From assembly GCA_964188305.1 (NCBI GenBank), contig OZ076886.1: a stretch of DNA of 64,000 nucleotides. One strand, written 5' to 3'. Under the pieces are notes generated by a model. That model was given only the letters and a program-made list of their open reading frames with translations, ran no database searches and had not been told where the DNA came from. This DNA is from Podarcis bocagei. Lineage: Eukaryota. Below, in pieces: positions 26,801-36,227 of the stretch. The first letter of the stretch is position 1, and each line of letters begins with the position of its first letter. Both the position numbers and the translations under genes were made by a program.

Positions 26801-29800
26801 ACAAACACAGAGGGGGAGAGGGAAAGACTAACTTTACAGCTTCTGGTTCAATTTAAGATGTCCCATAAATCTCAAGTTTCAAAGAGCATAAACTTCTGTA
26901 TTTACTTCTTTTTGGGAGGGGGGAATAAAATCATTTATTCTATATCCTATGTCCTATTAACAAACTCATAGGTCACATCCACATTTTACATTTAAAACAC
27001 ATAGCTTCTTCCCCCAAACAACTGTGGGAACTATAATTTGTTGAGGGTGCGGGGAATTGTAGCTGTTAGGGTAAACTACAGTTCCCAAGATTCATTGGGG
27101 GAAGGCATGTGCCTCAAGTACATGAATGTGATCATAGTCAAGCGCTGACCCTTAAATAGCCAAAACAACCATTTAACCTTTATGTTTGCAGAAGCACAAA
27201 AAACTTTAAACCCTATGGTGCAGACCTATTAACAACCGTGCATACTCTGTGACCACAGATCATTGAGCAGCTGTTTGAAAAAGGGAGGGATGGAGCAGGA
27301 ATAGGGAAGCTACAGTCCTCCATGTTGTTGGACTCATCAGCTCAAGCCAACATGAACAATGATCAGGGACATGGATGTAGCCAGGATTTATTTTAGTGGG
27401 CAGGCTTGATATTAGTGGGGGCAGAACCTCAGTTAGTTAAGTATTTGTATTGATTTACTTGCTCTAGGGGGGCATATGCCCCGCTGCTCCCCCTTGGCTG
27501 TGTCCATGGTCAGGAATGATAGCTGTAGTCCAGCAACATCTGGAGGGCGACAAGTTCTCCCCCACTGGCCTGCTATTTTCTTATGTCCATCATAGATCAT
27601 TATGGATTCCAAAGGCTGCATGAAATCTATTTCATATGCCAACACCTATAACGTATGTCCTACTTTTTGTATTGCTGACGATGAGCTATTTAGAAGTGTA
27701 GACATTAAAACTGGAGCCACCACCCATCTCTATTTACTTTGGGATTTAAATTGGAATGACAAACACTACCTAGGTGTGCTTGTAAACTACTAATCAGCTT
27801 ACCATGGACACTTGCCTAACATCAAACTTGCTGTTCTTTTGGTGCCAGAAAGGACACTACATTTTTAGCTCATCTTTTATTATTCAGCTATATGAATTTT
27901 TACTTGATTGGGAAAACACCATTTTAAATATTTATGTTTTTATTTGTGGAACTGTTTAAATGCTGCACCTCTGGAGAAGTAGAACAGCCTTTATGCTGCA
28001 ATTTGAGTACAGTGGTTTTTGTCCTAACATGGTAACAATACTATACCTGAAGGAGCGTCTCCACCCCCGTTGTTCTGCCCAGACACTGAAGTCCAGCGCC
28101 AAGGGCTTTCTGGCGGTTCCCTCACTGGGAGAAGCGAAGTTACAGGGAACTAGGCAGAGGGCCTTCTCGGTAGTAGCGCCCGCCCTGTGGAACACCCTCC
28201 CACCAAATGTCAAAGAGAAAAAAAACTACCACCAGACTTTTAGAAGACATCTGAAGGCAGCCCTGCTTAGGGAAGCTTTTAATATCTGAAGGACTATTGT
28301 ATTTTGTAATCTTTGTTGGAAGCCAACCATAGTGGCTGGGGAAACCCAGCCAGGTGGGCGGGGTATAAATTTATTTATTTATTTATATTATTATTACTAT
28401 AATACTGGCATGTTAAATGATCTCTCCATCCTTATCTTATGCATGTTCATCAACAAATGAGCTCAGTGGAAAATAATTTTGACAGATATTGGGATTATAG
28501 CCTTATCTATTCATTTTATAATTTATGTGCAATCACATGCCTCCAAAAGTTGAGTCAAAATGAATTTTTAATAGAATGTATATTTTCTTCTCCAAAAGGA
28601 AGTAAACCTATTAAAATAGTAGCTTCTGATAAAATATAATGTGTGTAAAAACTTATTAATGTTCTAGACTGGCGTAGCATTGTGGATAAGAGTCAGGAAC
28701 ACTATGAGTCAAATTTTGCTTAAGCAGTGAATTTAAGTAGGCCACAGTTTGTTCAGTGTGCGTTGCCGCCAACCTTTCAGAGTTGATCCAGTTCTGCAAT
28801 TCAACAGAGCTTCCATTGCTGGTTAAATGAGACAAATAACTTTTCATAATAGACTTCAAACAGGCTGTGTCAGTGTGAAGTTAAAGTGTATGTGTAACAA
28901 ACTTCAGTTATCTTATATAGGGGTGTGTACTAATGGATATGCTCTCAAAGGCCCCTTTGGACTCTGGAAGAGAATTTTTTTTCTGTAGAAAGAGTCCTTA
29001 TGCTATGCAAAGCAAGGGAATGAAACTTCACACTTTGCAGATGCAAAAATTTAGAATAAGAAAATGAGGTTGTGATAAATGACCCTGTATAGGTACAAAT
29101 TCCTGTGATGCCAACAGTACAATCCTATGCTTACACTTTATCAGTTGAATGCTCAAGCTTGAGAACTTTGCTTAATGTTTTTGTCTGCTTGCATGATGGA
29201 TCTTTGAGTTATGGCAAAGCTTACTACTTTCAGGGAAACCTGTTTATGCTAGTTTGATGAGGAACTTCTGTAAAGGAATTCTTGTACATTGCAGAGGGTA
29301 TTGAAGCATCAGTAGCATGCACTGTTGATTCAGGAGTAACACTGTCCAGGTCTATATCACCACACTGAAAATACATTCCAAATTCCCAGAATATGTCAAA
29401 CTGTAGCTGAGAGTTGTAGAGCAGCATTCCTCAAACTGGTTCAAGGACCGACAGTGGCCTGCAGCCCACTTTCTGGTCCTGCCTCAATGCTACAACCCAC
29501 CCCCTGATTGTACAGTAGACTTTTGGTTGGCCAGATGCTAGCAGCAGCAGCTCCCTCATTCAGAGGAGGAAGGACCCCTAAATTTGCTTTGGGGCTTCCT
29601 CCAACCCTCCATACCAGTTTGGAGAAGTTCATTGCACTCAATGAAGTCATTCCACAAGCACAATGATTTTTGGATGTTAGTAATTGTCAGCAGATGGTGC
29701 CAATTTCTGCATCTATCCATCCTCTGCAGCACAATTTTGTGATTGGTGGACCTCAGTAATTTTTAGTTCTCAAATGGGCCCTAGGGGTAGCTTTGTAAGG

Positions 29801-31879
29801 AGACTGCTAGTAATGAGCGCACTTGCCCACATTGCTGATTTTCTGAATGAAGCATCCTTAAGTTTTTGAGGAACCCCAGAACACAGTTTGAAAACAACTT
29901 CATTAAGATATAGGAAATTATGCATAGTACCCCTAAAATCTGTTGTGCTTCAAGGTCTGATTGTTGTTTGTTAATCAAGCTAGCAGCAACTTGGATGCCT
30001 CTGGTCTCTAGAGAATCCTTTTTTGAAACAGTTTATACTTTAATTCTTGCCCATTTACATCATTAGGGGAAAATCACCATCCATCTTATTGATGCATGAT
30101 GAACTAAAGCAGGGGTAGCAAACATTGTGCCCTCCAGATATTGTTGGGCTAGAACTCCCATCATCACCAGCAAGTATGTCTACAGCGATGGTGGGAGACG
30201 TAGTGCAACAATATCTGGAGTGCAGTATGTTGACTAACCCTTAACTAAATAACCCCTCTTTTTAAATTTCTATAATTCTGGAAGGGATTTTAAGATGAGG
30301 TAGATGAGGTAGAAGTATCTTCTAGATTTAATGAATATCTAGACTAGGTCTAGATCAATTCCATATTTTATATGTAGTCCATCTCTTACTTAGTATAAAA
30401 ACTCTCTCAATCTAACAAAGTTGCATCTATCGTACAACATTTGCACACTAATGTTATTGCTGTGGCCAAGACCATAAACAGGAGACTGCAAAGCACTACT
30501 CTGAAAGCTTGTTTAGATGAGATCACGGGAAGTGTAAAACATCTCTTACACAGCAACATATGAGATAATGAAGCCAATTATTCAAAAGAAACAGAAGATG
30601 CTAATCATCTCTTTCCAATCTGGTCACATACCAACTCAGTGGTTGAAACAAGGTTTTCAAAGCATTACTGTATATTGTTACACATCTTTACTTTTCTGAG
30701 AATCAACAGGCAAGCATCTGTCAAGTTTTCTTGAGACAGTATGTGGTTCACAAGAATTTTGTTATATTTCAGTTTTTAAAAATGAATGTTTAATTGTGTA
30801 TAGGAGTGGACTGCAAGGTAACTGTACCTGAAAACAATCACACTTACAAGAGAACAAAATTCAAAGAAAATGTGCATAAGGCAATGGTACATTATTAAAC
30901 GTAATCTTTGAACAGGAGTCCCTACAAGGCAATTGAGCTAACACTACATGTAAGGAAACAATTTCAAAGTCACTGATAAACAAATCCACCAAATGTAGGA
31001 GTAAGGGTGTAGTGAGGAAACTGAGGCAGCAATTTCAATAATTGCACAGCAATTTAAGGCAGGAACAGATTTCACTGGGCTCTACTGCCCTTACTAGACT
31101 GTCTCCCTTGACTCTGTGGGACCTGAGATAAAGACCTTCAGTGGGGTGGGGGAATACAATACTGTATAAAACTCAAGAAAACGCTGAAAGAGCTCTTATG
31201 TCCCACCCAGTACCCTCCAGATTTTATACTCGACAGAAGCAACATCCCCATTTAACCCCCAACAGCCCAGACATGGAGAAAGGAGACAGTGCTTCCTTTA
31301 CACTAGCCAAGGACTTTAAAAAAAAAAGGAGTGGGGAAGGCCTTTTGGGTTTGATTATTTTTGTGCCTAAGACAGTCGCGTGATTATGCTTCCTGGGACT
31401 CCATTTAAGCGCCCCGTGGCGACTTGGAAAAGGGCAAGGGGGCGTCCCCAAACAAGTCTAAACGCTGAGCCCACGCAGAAGACCATTTCCCCACAGATTT
31501 AGCAGAAGCACTTCTGCATGCGAGGTGCAGCAAACCCTCCGTGTCACTTGGAGAAGATGCTACAGAGGGCGAAGCGGAAAGACCAGATCTCGGCGGGACA
31601 GTTTTTGCACAGGCTCCTTGTCGCTATGGAGTCGCTAGTGAGGCGGCGGTCGGCGACGGCGCGGGGGGGAGAGAAGAGAGGAAGGAGGGAGGGAGCGAAG
31701 CGTTACTATTCCGGGATGGTGGCTGCCAGGGATGGGGCTCCGCAGCCCGCCACCAGCCCGCCCGCCTGCCTCGCGGCGCCGAGGGCCCTCAGCTCGCCGC
31801 CTCTCCCGCCGCTTCCCCTCCTCACCTGGGGGCTGTCCTCCAGCGTCTCCTCGATGGGCAGCTTGTCTATCCCAGGCAT
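3657..31879 (-). CDS. APPL1: APPL1 (DCC-interacting protein 13-alpha; BAR-PH-PTB adaptor), 22 coding exons, 2127 nt, 708 aa
   Basis: Hand-assembled GT-AG exons join in frame from MPGIDKLPIEETLEDSPQ to ...GKKKRESEA* (C-terminal SEA PDZ-binding motif); exon sizes 54,99,60,72,88,42,59,147,83,159,189,43,57,92,183,50,175,37,147,51,90,150. Confidence 0.97.
3880..4290 (+). mobile_element. Old CR1 LINE 3' fragment
   Basis: Degenerate LEY..ELEKVQ.. coding remnant and CR1-type 3' region. Confidence 0.65.
4830..5080 (-). mobile_element. Old CR1 LINE fragment
   Basis: Degenerate reverse-complement CR1 3' coding/UTR sequence. Confidence 0.45.
5188..5277 (-). CDS. APPL1: APPL1 exon 21
   Basis: DRRTSEKQKEMDRVKEKQQKELSKQKQIEK. 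Confidence 0.94.
5849..6282. mobile_element. Non-autonomous hAT-like element
   Basis: CAG...CTG termini with degenerate TIR; imperfect 8-bp TSD CCTTAAAT/CTGTAAAT. Confidence 0.6.
6933..6983 (-). CDS. APPL1: APPL1 exon 20
   Basis: ICDSVGLAKQIAFHAEL. Confidence 0.94.
7116..7262 (-). CDS. APPL1: APPL1 exon 19
   Basis: FPLPNVVLYATHQENKRLFGFVLRTSAGRADSRPTSVCYIFESNNEGEK. Confidence 0.95.
7606..7642 (-). CDS. APPL1: APPL1 exon 18
   Basis: LIDPQTQVTRLR. Confidence 0.93.
7744..7918 (-). CDS. APPL1: APPL1 exon 17 (PTB domain)
   Basis: SILHQLFIVRFLGSMEVKSDESPDVVYETMRQILAARAIHNIFRMTESHLLVTCDCL. Confidence 0.96.
8737..8786 (-). CDS. APPL1: APPL1 exon 16
   Basis: RTNPFGESGGTKSETE (NPF motif). Confidence 0.92.
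8791..8830. repeat. (TAA)13 microsatellite
   Basis: Direct reading; abuts APPL1 exon 16 acceptor. Confidence 0.97.
10140..10463. mobile_element. Tc1/mariner (Tigger/pogo-like) MITE
   Basis: TIR CAGTGGTGCC(T)CGCAAGACGAA, TA TSD at both ends, subterminal CGCAAGACG repeats; same family as 59907-61219. Confidence 0.9.
11926..12108 (-). CDS. APPL1: APPL1 exon 15
   Basis: QARPPTTRTSSTGSLGSDSASLSALSLDSLVAPDTPIQFDIISPVSEDQPGQAKSSGQAG. Confidence 0.95.
13364..13455 (-). CDS. APPL1: APPL1 exon 14
   Basis: EIAARVNQSALEAVTPSPSFQQRHESMRPA. Confidence 0.94.
15002..15058 (-). CDS. APPL1: APPL1 exon 13
   Basis: WICTINNISKQIYLSENPE. Confidence 0.95.
15683..15725 (-). CDS. APPL1: APPL1 exon 12
   Basis: SSILQAESRKDYEE. 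Confidence 0.93.
15781..15835. repeat. (TATAA)11 microsatellite
   Basis: Direct reading. Confidence 0.97.
16604..16792 (-). CDS. APPL1: APPL1 exon 11 (PH domain)
   Basis: KTGLVSSSWDRQFYFTQGGNLMSQARGDVAGGLVMDIDNCSVMAVDCEDRRYCFQITSFDGK. Confidence 0.96.
16990..17590 (+). mobile_element. Old L2-like LINE 3' fragment
   Basis: LDYYNA..LYVG.P..KLQLIQ and SVAAPALWNKLP remnants. Confidence 0.7.
17949..18107 (-). CDS. APPL1: APPL1 exon 10
   Basis: VRREMDHDVETMQQTIGDLEAASDPLYLPDPDPTKFPVQRHLTRKAGYLNAR. Confidence 0.95.
18210..18292 (-). CDS. APPL1: APPL1 exon 9
   Basis: ISFFKMGSENLSEQLEEFLTNIGTSVQ. Confidence 0.94.
18888..19034 (-). CDS. APPL1: APPL1 exon 8
   Basis: VKYEVTEDVYTSRKKQHQTMMHYFCALNTLQYKKKIAMLEPLLGYMQAQ. 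Confidence 0.95.
19130..19560 (-). mobile_element. Old L2-like LINE 3' fragment
   Basis: Reverse-strand FKVLMLTYKALHNLAP remnant plus A-rich 3' region. Confidence 0.6.
19990..20160. mobile_element. Short L2-type 3' end (minus) adjacent to a CR1 3' end (plus)
   Basis: Matches L2 3' ends at 28250-28400 and 40613-40775; followed by GGACTAGATGG..CTGATCCAGCAGG..(CTCTTATG)2. Confidence 0.6.
20867..20925 (-). CDS. APPL1: APPL1 exon 7
   Basis: (D)HDTAITRYSRLSKKRENEK. Confidence 0.93.
21501..21542 (-). CDS. APPL1: APPL1 exon 6
   Basis: (E)ILTLKEVFQISSN. Confidence 0.93.
21973..22060 (-). CDS. APPL1: APPL1 exon 5
   Basis: LSSCHAVLSTQLADAMMFPITQFKERDLK. Confidence 0.95.
23031..23355 (+). mobile_element. 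Sauria SINE (5'-truncated)
   Basis: tRNA-like GGTTCGAATCCC B-box, CAAGTAGATAAATAGGTAC core, (ACCTTT)n tail. Confidence 0.9.
23849..23920 (-). CDS. APPL1: APPL1 exon 4
   Basis: RFPLGGDDEVMNSTLQQFAKVIDE. Confidence 0.95.
24592..24651 (-). CDS. APPL1: APPL1 exon 3
   Basis: NELSAATHLTSKLLKEYEKQ. Confidence 0.95.
25537..25635 (-). CDS. APPL1: APPL1 exon 2
   Basis: TRSLLGVFEEDAAAISRYISQLYQAMHRIYDAQ, AG/GT. Confidence 0.95.
25839..25876 (+). ncRNA. Minimal hammerhead ribozyme motif (variant copy)
   Basis: TAT-CTGAAGA-A-GTGTGCATGAACAC-GAAA-GC-TT-ATA. Confidence 0.55.
25903..26275 (+). mobile_element. Sauria SINE, full length
   Basis: GGGACGCGGGTGGCACTGTGG head, B-box, (ACCTTT)3 tail; CpGs preserved. 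Confidence 0.93.
26531..26750. mobile_element. Tigger-like Tc1/mariner MITE
   Basis: Right end CGTAACTAGAGGTACCACTG-TA; left end degenerate. Confidence 0.6.
27370..27508. mobile_element. Small hAT-like MITE nested in a palindromic MITE
   Basis: CATGGATGTAGCCA / TGGCTGTGTCCATG termini; imperfect 8-bp TSD ATCAGGGA/GTCAGGAA. Confidence 0.55.
28040..28400 (+). mobile_element. L2-like LINE 3' end
   Basis: YLKERL..RAFSVVAPALWNTLP..FRRHLKAAL, ending in (TTTA)/(TTA) tail. Confidence 0.85.
30109..30240. mobile_element. Palindromic hAT-like MITE (abundant family; relatives near 7330, 12340, 24400, 27310, 45995, 46300, 57022)
   Basis: CAGGGGTAGCAAAC...GTTTGACTAACCCTT with CTCCAGAT/ACTCCCATCATC internal inverted repeat. 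Confidence 0.65.
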
Positions 31880-32520
31880 GTCGGCGGACGGATCTTCACA
31901 GGCCGGACCGGCCCAGCTGCCCCCTCACGACGCACCCAGCTGACGGGTCTCCACCCTCGCGCTCTCGCCCGGCCGCTCGCCCGCCGCTTGGCGCCTCCCC
32001 TTTCCCTCCTCCCCGAGCAGCCACAACAGGGAAGCTCAGGAAATCCCGCCCCAGCACTTCCACGCAGCGGGCCGCGGCTGCAAAGGCCGCCGCTGCCGCC
32101 GCCTCCTCCCTCAGATACGGCGGACCGCGCGCCGCCTGCTTCCCATTGGCTGAGAAGGCGGCCACTCCGAACCGAAGAAGCAGCAGGAGGAGGAGGCGCG
32201 CGGCCTCTTTATTTATTAATCCGGATCCATAGGCTCTCTCCTCTCCTGGCCTCTCATGCGGGGGTTGTTGCGCCGGGGCTGGCGGCCCTTCCTGCCTCCC
32301 CCACCCCGTGTGGCCCTCAGAGGGTTTGCGGCTGGTCGCCCTCTGCGCGAGGCTCACCTGGGAGCAACTCCTCACCGGTCACAGCGGGGCTTCTCCATGA
32401 AGCGAGGGCAAAGGATGGCACAGGCACGCCATGTTGCGTGTCATCCCAGCCGCCGCTTCCGATGCCCTTTTCGCCCTCCCAGCCCCGACTCTTAAAATTA
32501 CTGCTTTGCGGCCTAGCACA
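31540..32520. promoter_or_regulatory. CpG island / APPL1 promoter and 5'UTR
   Basis: Sharp GC- and CpG-rich block around APPL1 exon 1; CCAAT on minus strand near 32145. Confidence 0.85.
31826..31879 (-). CDS. APPL1: APPL1 coding exon 1
   Basis: ATG at 31879, MPGIDKLPIEETLEDSPQ, donor GTGAG, in CpG island. Confidence 0.96.
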
Positions 32521-33971
32521 CATCTCTGTTGCTAAGTGGATCTTTTAAACACGGTTTTATTTGTGTGTGGATTTTTTGGCTTTACAATATTATTTTATTC
32601 TTTGGATACGAAAGGAGAATGGGTCGAAATATATTAAGAGGCATGCAGAGCCTGGGATCTGCAAATTCCAGATGGATTTGAAAATGATGTCCATAGTATT
32701 AATAACTGCCAGCTGGTTAACTCATTAGGAGGAGGGAGTATGCTCTGCTTATCCAACATTATGCTTACCTAGCCAACAGCAAAGTGTCTGAGGCCAATCA
32801 AAAAGAATTGATCATATATTAGTACTGTTTTTAAAAGTTCTACTGAGCACTTTAAGAATACTGTTGTGAGTTTGCCAGGGTCAGTCTGGATGACACCCAT
32901 GGGCCCCTTCAAACCTGTGATCCAGTGTATGTGGGGGTGGAATCTCTGTGAGGAAACCAGTTGAACCTGTTCCTTTGGTAAGGTAATGGCAGGCAGTATA
33001 ATAGTGCTGTTTACCGTAGCCATGCTGCCATATAGACAAGTGGGGTTAACTCTGCCCCTACTTGGAATCAAGATCACCTTGAAAGGTAGAAGAATGGTAG
33101 CCAGGTTTTTGTGGGTAAGTTTTGGCTGATACTGGATGCTGAAGAGACAGGTATGTCATGCTCTGTGCTGGACCCAAGCACTGTGGCTTGGAGCTTCCCT
33201 GGAACAATGGAGAATTGATATGTTTGTGTGTTAATGCTGTGAGCTGATCTTATGCTTAAATTGTATATATGTGTAAATGCAACCACATATCCTAAAGACA
33301 CCAAAATCTCTACTGACCTTCATTCCAAGAAAATAGAACCCTAGGTAAGCACAGAAATCCCAGCAGTCTCATTGCTCAGAGACTGGGATACATGCAGCAG
33401 TACATTAATACAGTATATATAAACCCAAGTCATTATGATAAGAATTACTCCGTTATCAAATATTTACCATGTGTAATACAAACTGACTTAGAAAAAGTAA
33501 GACCTTTAATGAAATGATTAACTAGCAGTGTAATCTAATGTCTACTCAGAAATAAGCACTACAGTATTGAATTCAGTGGTTCTTACTCCCAGGTAAGTGT
33601 ATAGAACTGCAGCCTAGGCCATTATGGTTTTTTCCTGGTTTGACCTTTTCCCCTCTCTTTTTATGTATACTGAGATGGCACTGGCTGGGCTGCCAGATAC
33701 ATCAAAATAGTACATCCAAATAGTCCAATGTTTCTTTTTAAAAAATTTAGGAAATAAATAAAGCATAAATCAAAATTCCAATGTACTGAAGTTACATTAC
33801 CACCAGAAAGCATAATAAGGCTGCATTTGCACTTACTCTCAAGGTGCAACCATGTTTTTTAACCCATTCCAGAGTAAAATACTTTTCTGCAGTAGTAACT
33901 GCATCTTTAGGAAGATAAGGGACACTGTCATTAGTTACCCATACTACATCTGCCATTCACTCTTTACATTT

Positions 33972-34110
33972 TAATAATAATAATGATAATAATAATAAAT
34001 TTTATTTGTATCCCGCCCTCCCTAGCCGAAGCCAGGCTCAGAGCGGCTAACATCATACAAATAACACAGTATACATAAAAACAGGCATCAATTAATTAAA
34101 ATACATCTTC
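33972..34110 (-). mobile_element. Short L2-type 3' end with (TTA)n tail
   Basis: (TAA)n followed by TTTATTTGTATCCCGCCC. Confidence 0.6.
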
Positions 34111-34921
34111 AAATTAATTCAGACAAATTAAAATCTGGACAAATGGCAGTTATCATGTTAAGACTGAGAGCAGTTAATACTTGCCAGGACCAACTGTTTT
34201 CACTGATCATATAAGGACCTGTCAACAGGCTGGGGGGGCCTCCTTCACATAAATCACAACAGAGGTGAGGAACCTCAGGTCAGGCAGGCCAAATGGAGCC
34301 CTCCAGCCTTCTCTATCTGCCTGCAGAACTCTTTCCAGGCCATACCTTCTCCCTAGCTACACCCAGGCTCCTTATCCTAGGCTGCACCCCTCACCACCCT
34401 TCCTGCTTGCCTAAACGGAAGATAAATACAGACAGTTCACTGGCAAAATTGGAACAAGTATAGCTAGATAGTTACCGTACACCTTGAGAGCACTGCTCAC
34501 TTCAAGAGTCCAACAGATAACAAAGATTCTACAATAAACTTTCAAATACTGTTTTATTTGTAAATGCATTCCCAAAGAAGAGCAGAGTTTGTACACATAC
34601 TGGATTTTTAAAGTCGAACATGTTTATCGCATGTTTTGCACTGCTGCAGATTGCTTGCTGTCTTTTCCCACATTTCATTGCTGGGTTTCCATCTGGTGCG
34701 GAACAGAGTGCTCTTATTTCCCTAGGTTGTTGTGCACATCACACTGAACTAAACTTTGGCTGAGCACGGACGTGTGCCTTGGTTGGAGCTTATACCTAAT
34801 TTGCTTTTCCCTGGTCCTTTTCAAGCCTGTGCTGAAATAAGCCAAGGATTGGCTTCATGTGTTCTCTGAATTCAGGCTTGTGCTTAACCAGACAGACTTT
34901 GGTTACAGCTCGTGGTTAGTC

Positions 34922-35055
34922 TAAGGTTACCAGATTTTTTTTCAATGAATCTGGGGACACTTTTCAACTTCAATAGGAATGATAAGATTTTGTCAGGGGA
35001 TTGATTTGTAAATCCAGGGACTGTCCCTGGGAAACGGGTACATCTGGTAACCTAA
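34922..35055. mobile_element. hAT (Tip100-like) MITE
   Basis: TIR TAAGGTTACCAGAT / ATCTGGTAACCTAA; perfect 8-bp TSD GGTTAGTC. Confidence 0.85.
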
Positions 35056-35400
35056 GGTTAGTCTGGAGAGAGCTTAACCACAAACATGGGTTTGGTCAGC
35101 ATACTAAGCCAAGGCAGCAAAAAAGGACTTGAAAGGAGCAAAGCAGGCTTCAGTAGTATGCCATACATAAAGTAATTTATTTCTCTGGTTTTACCTTCCA
35201 TGGAAGCCATTCTCAGAAAACAAACTATGATAAATGCAAATATTAACTGATTATTAACTCAAAATAATGTAAGCTTATTATTCATAGATTAATTAAGCTC
35301 TCATTTTTTAAATTTCTTTTGAATAAGGAATTAAAGAGACTTTAATGTTTTTAATAACTCTATAATTTACCTTACCCCCAAAGCTTACACCAATAAATTG

Positions 35401-35419
35401 CCAACACTAGATGGCAGCA
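35401..35419 (+). promoter_or_regulatory. Candidate CTCF motif
   Basis: ACACTAGATGGCAGCA matches the CCASYAGRKGGCRS core with one mismatch. Confidence 0.5.
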
Positions 35420-36227
35420 TTATAGAGCTATTGTTAATGTTCTTTTCAGTACAAACTACTGTAGAACAAAAAGAAATAATTTAACATTCATTTTAAAATA
35501 AAAAGTGACACAAAATGGCACAATTCACCTATGCGGCTAAACCGTTATTCCCAACTCAGGGGAATTCTGTGGATATAGCGTATCTTGATTTCATTTTTTT
35601 ATAAATAAAATATTTATTAAAGGTTTTAAACAATGTAACACCGTGCACATACACAACCCAAAAACAATAAAAAACACCATCACCAAAATAAAAAAGCACA
35701 CACAGAACAAGAAAATCATATAAAAGACATATAACATAATTAAATTTCATATACCCAATTTCCATAACCCTCTTTTCAGACTCCCTCACATCTCCCTTTC
35801 CTGTGTTCCCATTTACAAAATCATGTTCAGCAGTACTTCACCTTCTCTCAAATCTTGTTTTAATTTGTACCTTTCAACTATTATGTCTCCAATTTTAGCC
35901 TTTGTTATCAATATTTAAATATTTAAGCTTGACATAATATTATTCAAGTTTCACCTTTGTTCTTATAATTCAGTTATTTTCATACTCTTTTCCGCTATTT
36001 TACTAATGCCATGTTACCTTTATATCCTGCATCATTCTAACATTCATACAATTTGCAATACTTTTGCAGATAGTCCTTGAATTTCTTCCAGTCCTCTTCC
36101 ACTGTCTCTTCTCCCAGGTCTCGTATTCTGCCAGTCATTTCTGCCAATTCCATATAGTCTATCAGTTGCATCTGCCATTCTTCCAGAGTGGGCAAATCTT
36201 CTGTCTTCCAATACTTTGCAATGAGTA

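Noticed and set aside
31518-32548. Long GC-rich ORFs (335, 166, 159, 141 aa)
   Set aside because: Stop-poor CpG-island sequence overlapping APPL1 exon 1; low-complexity Pro/Ala/Arg products
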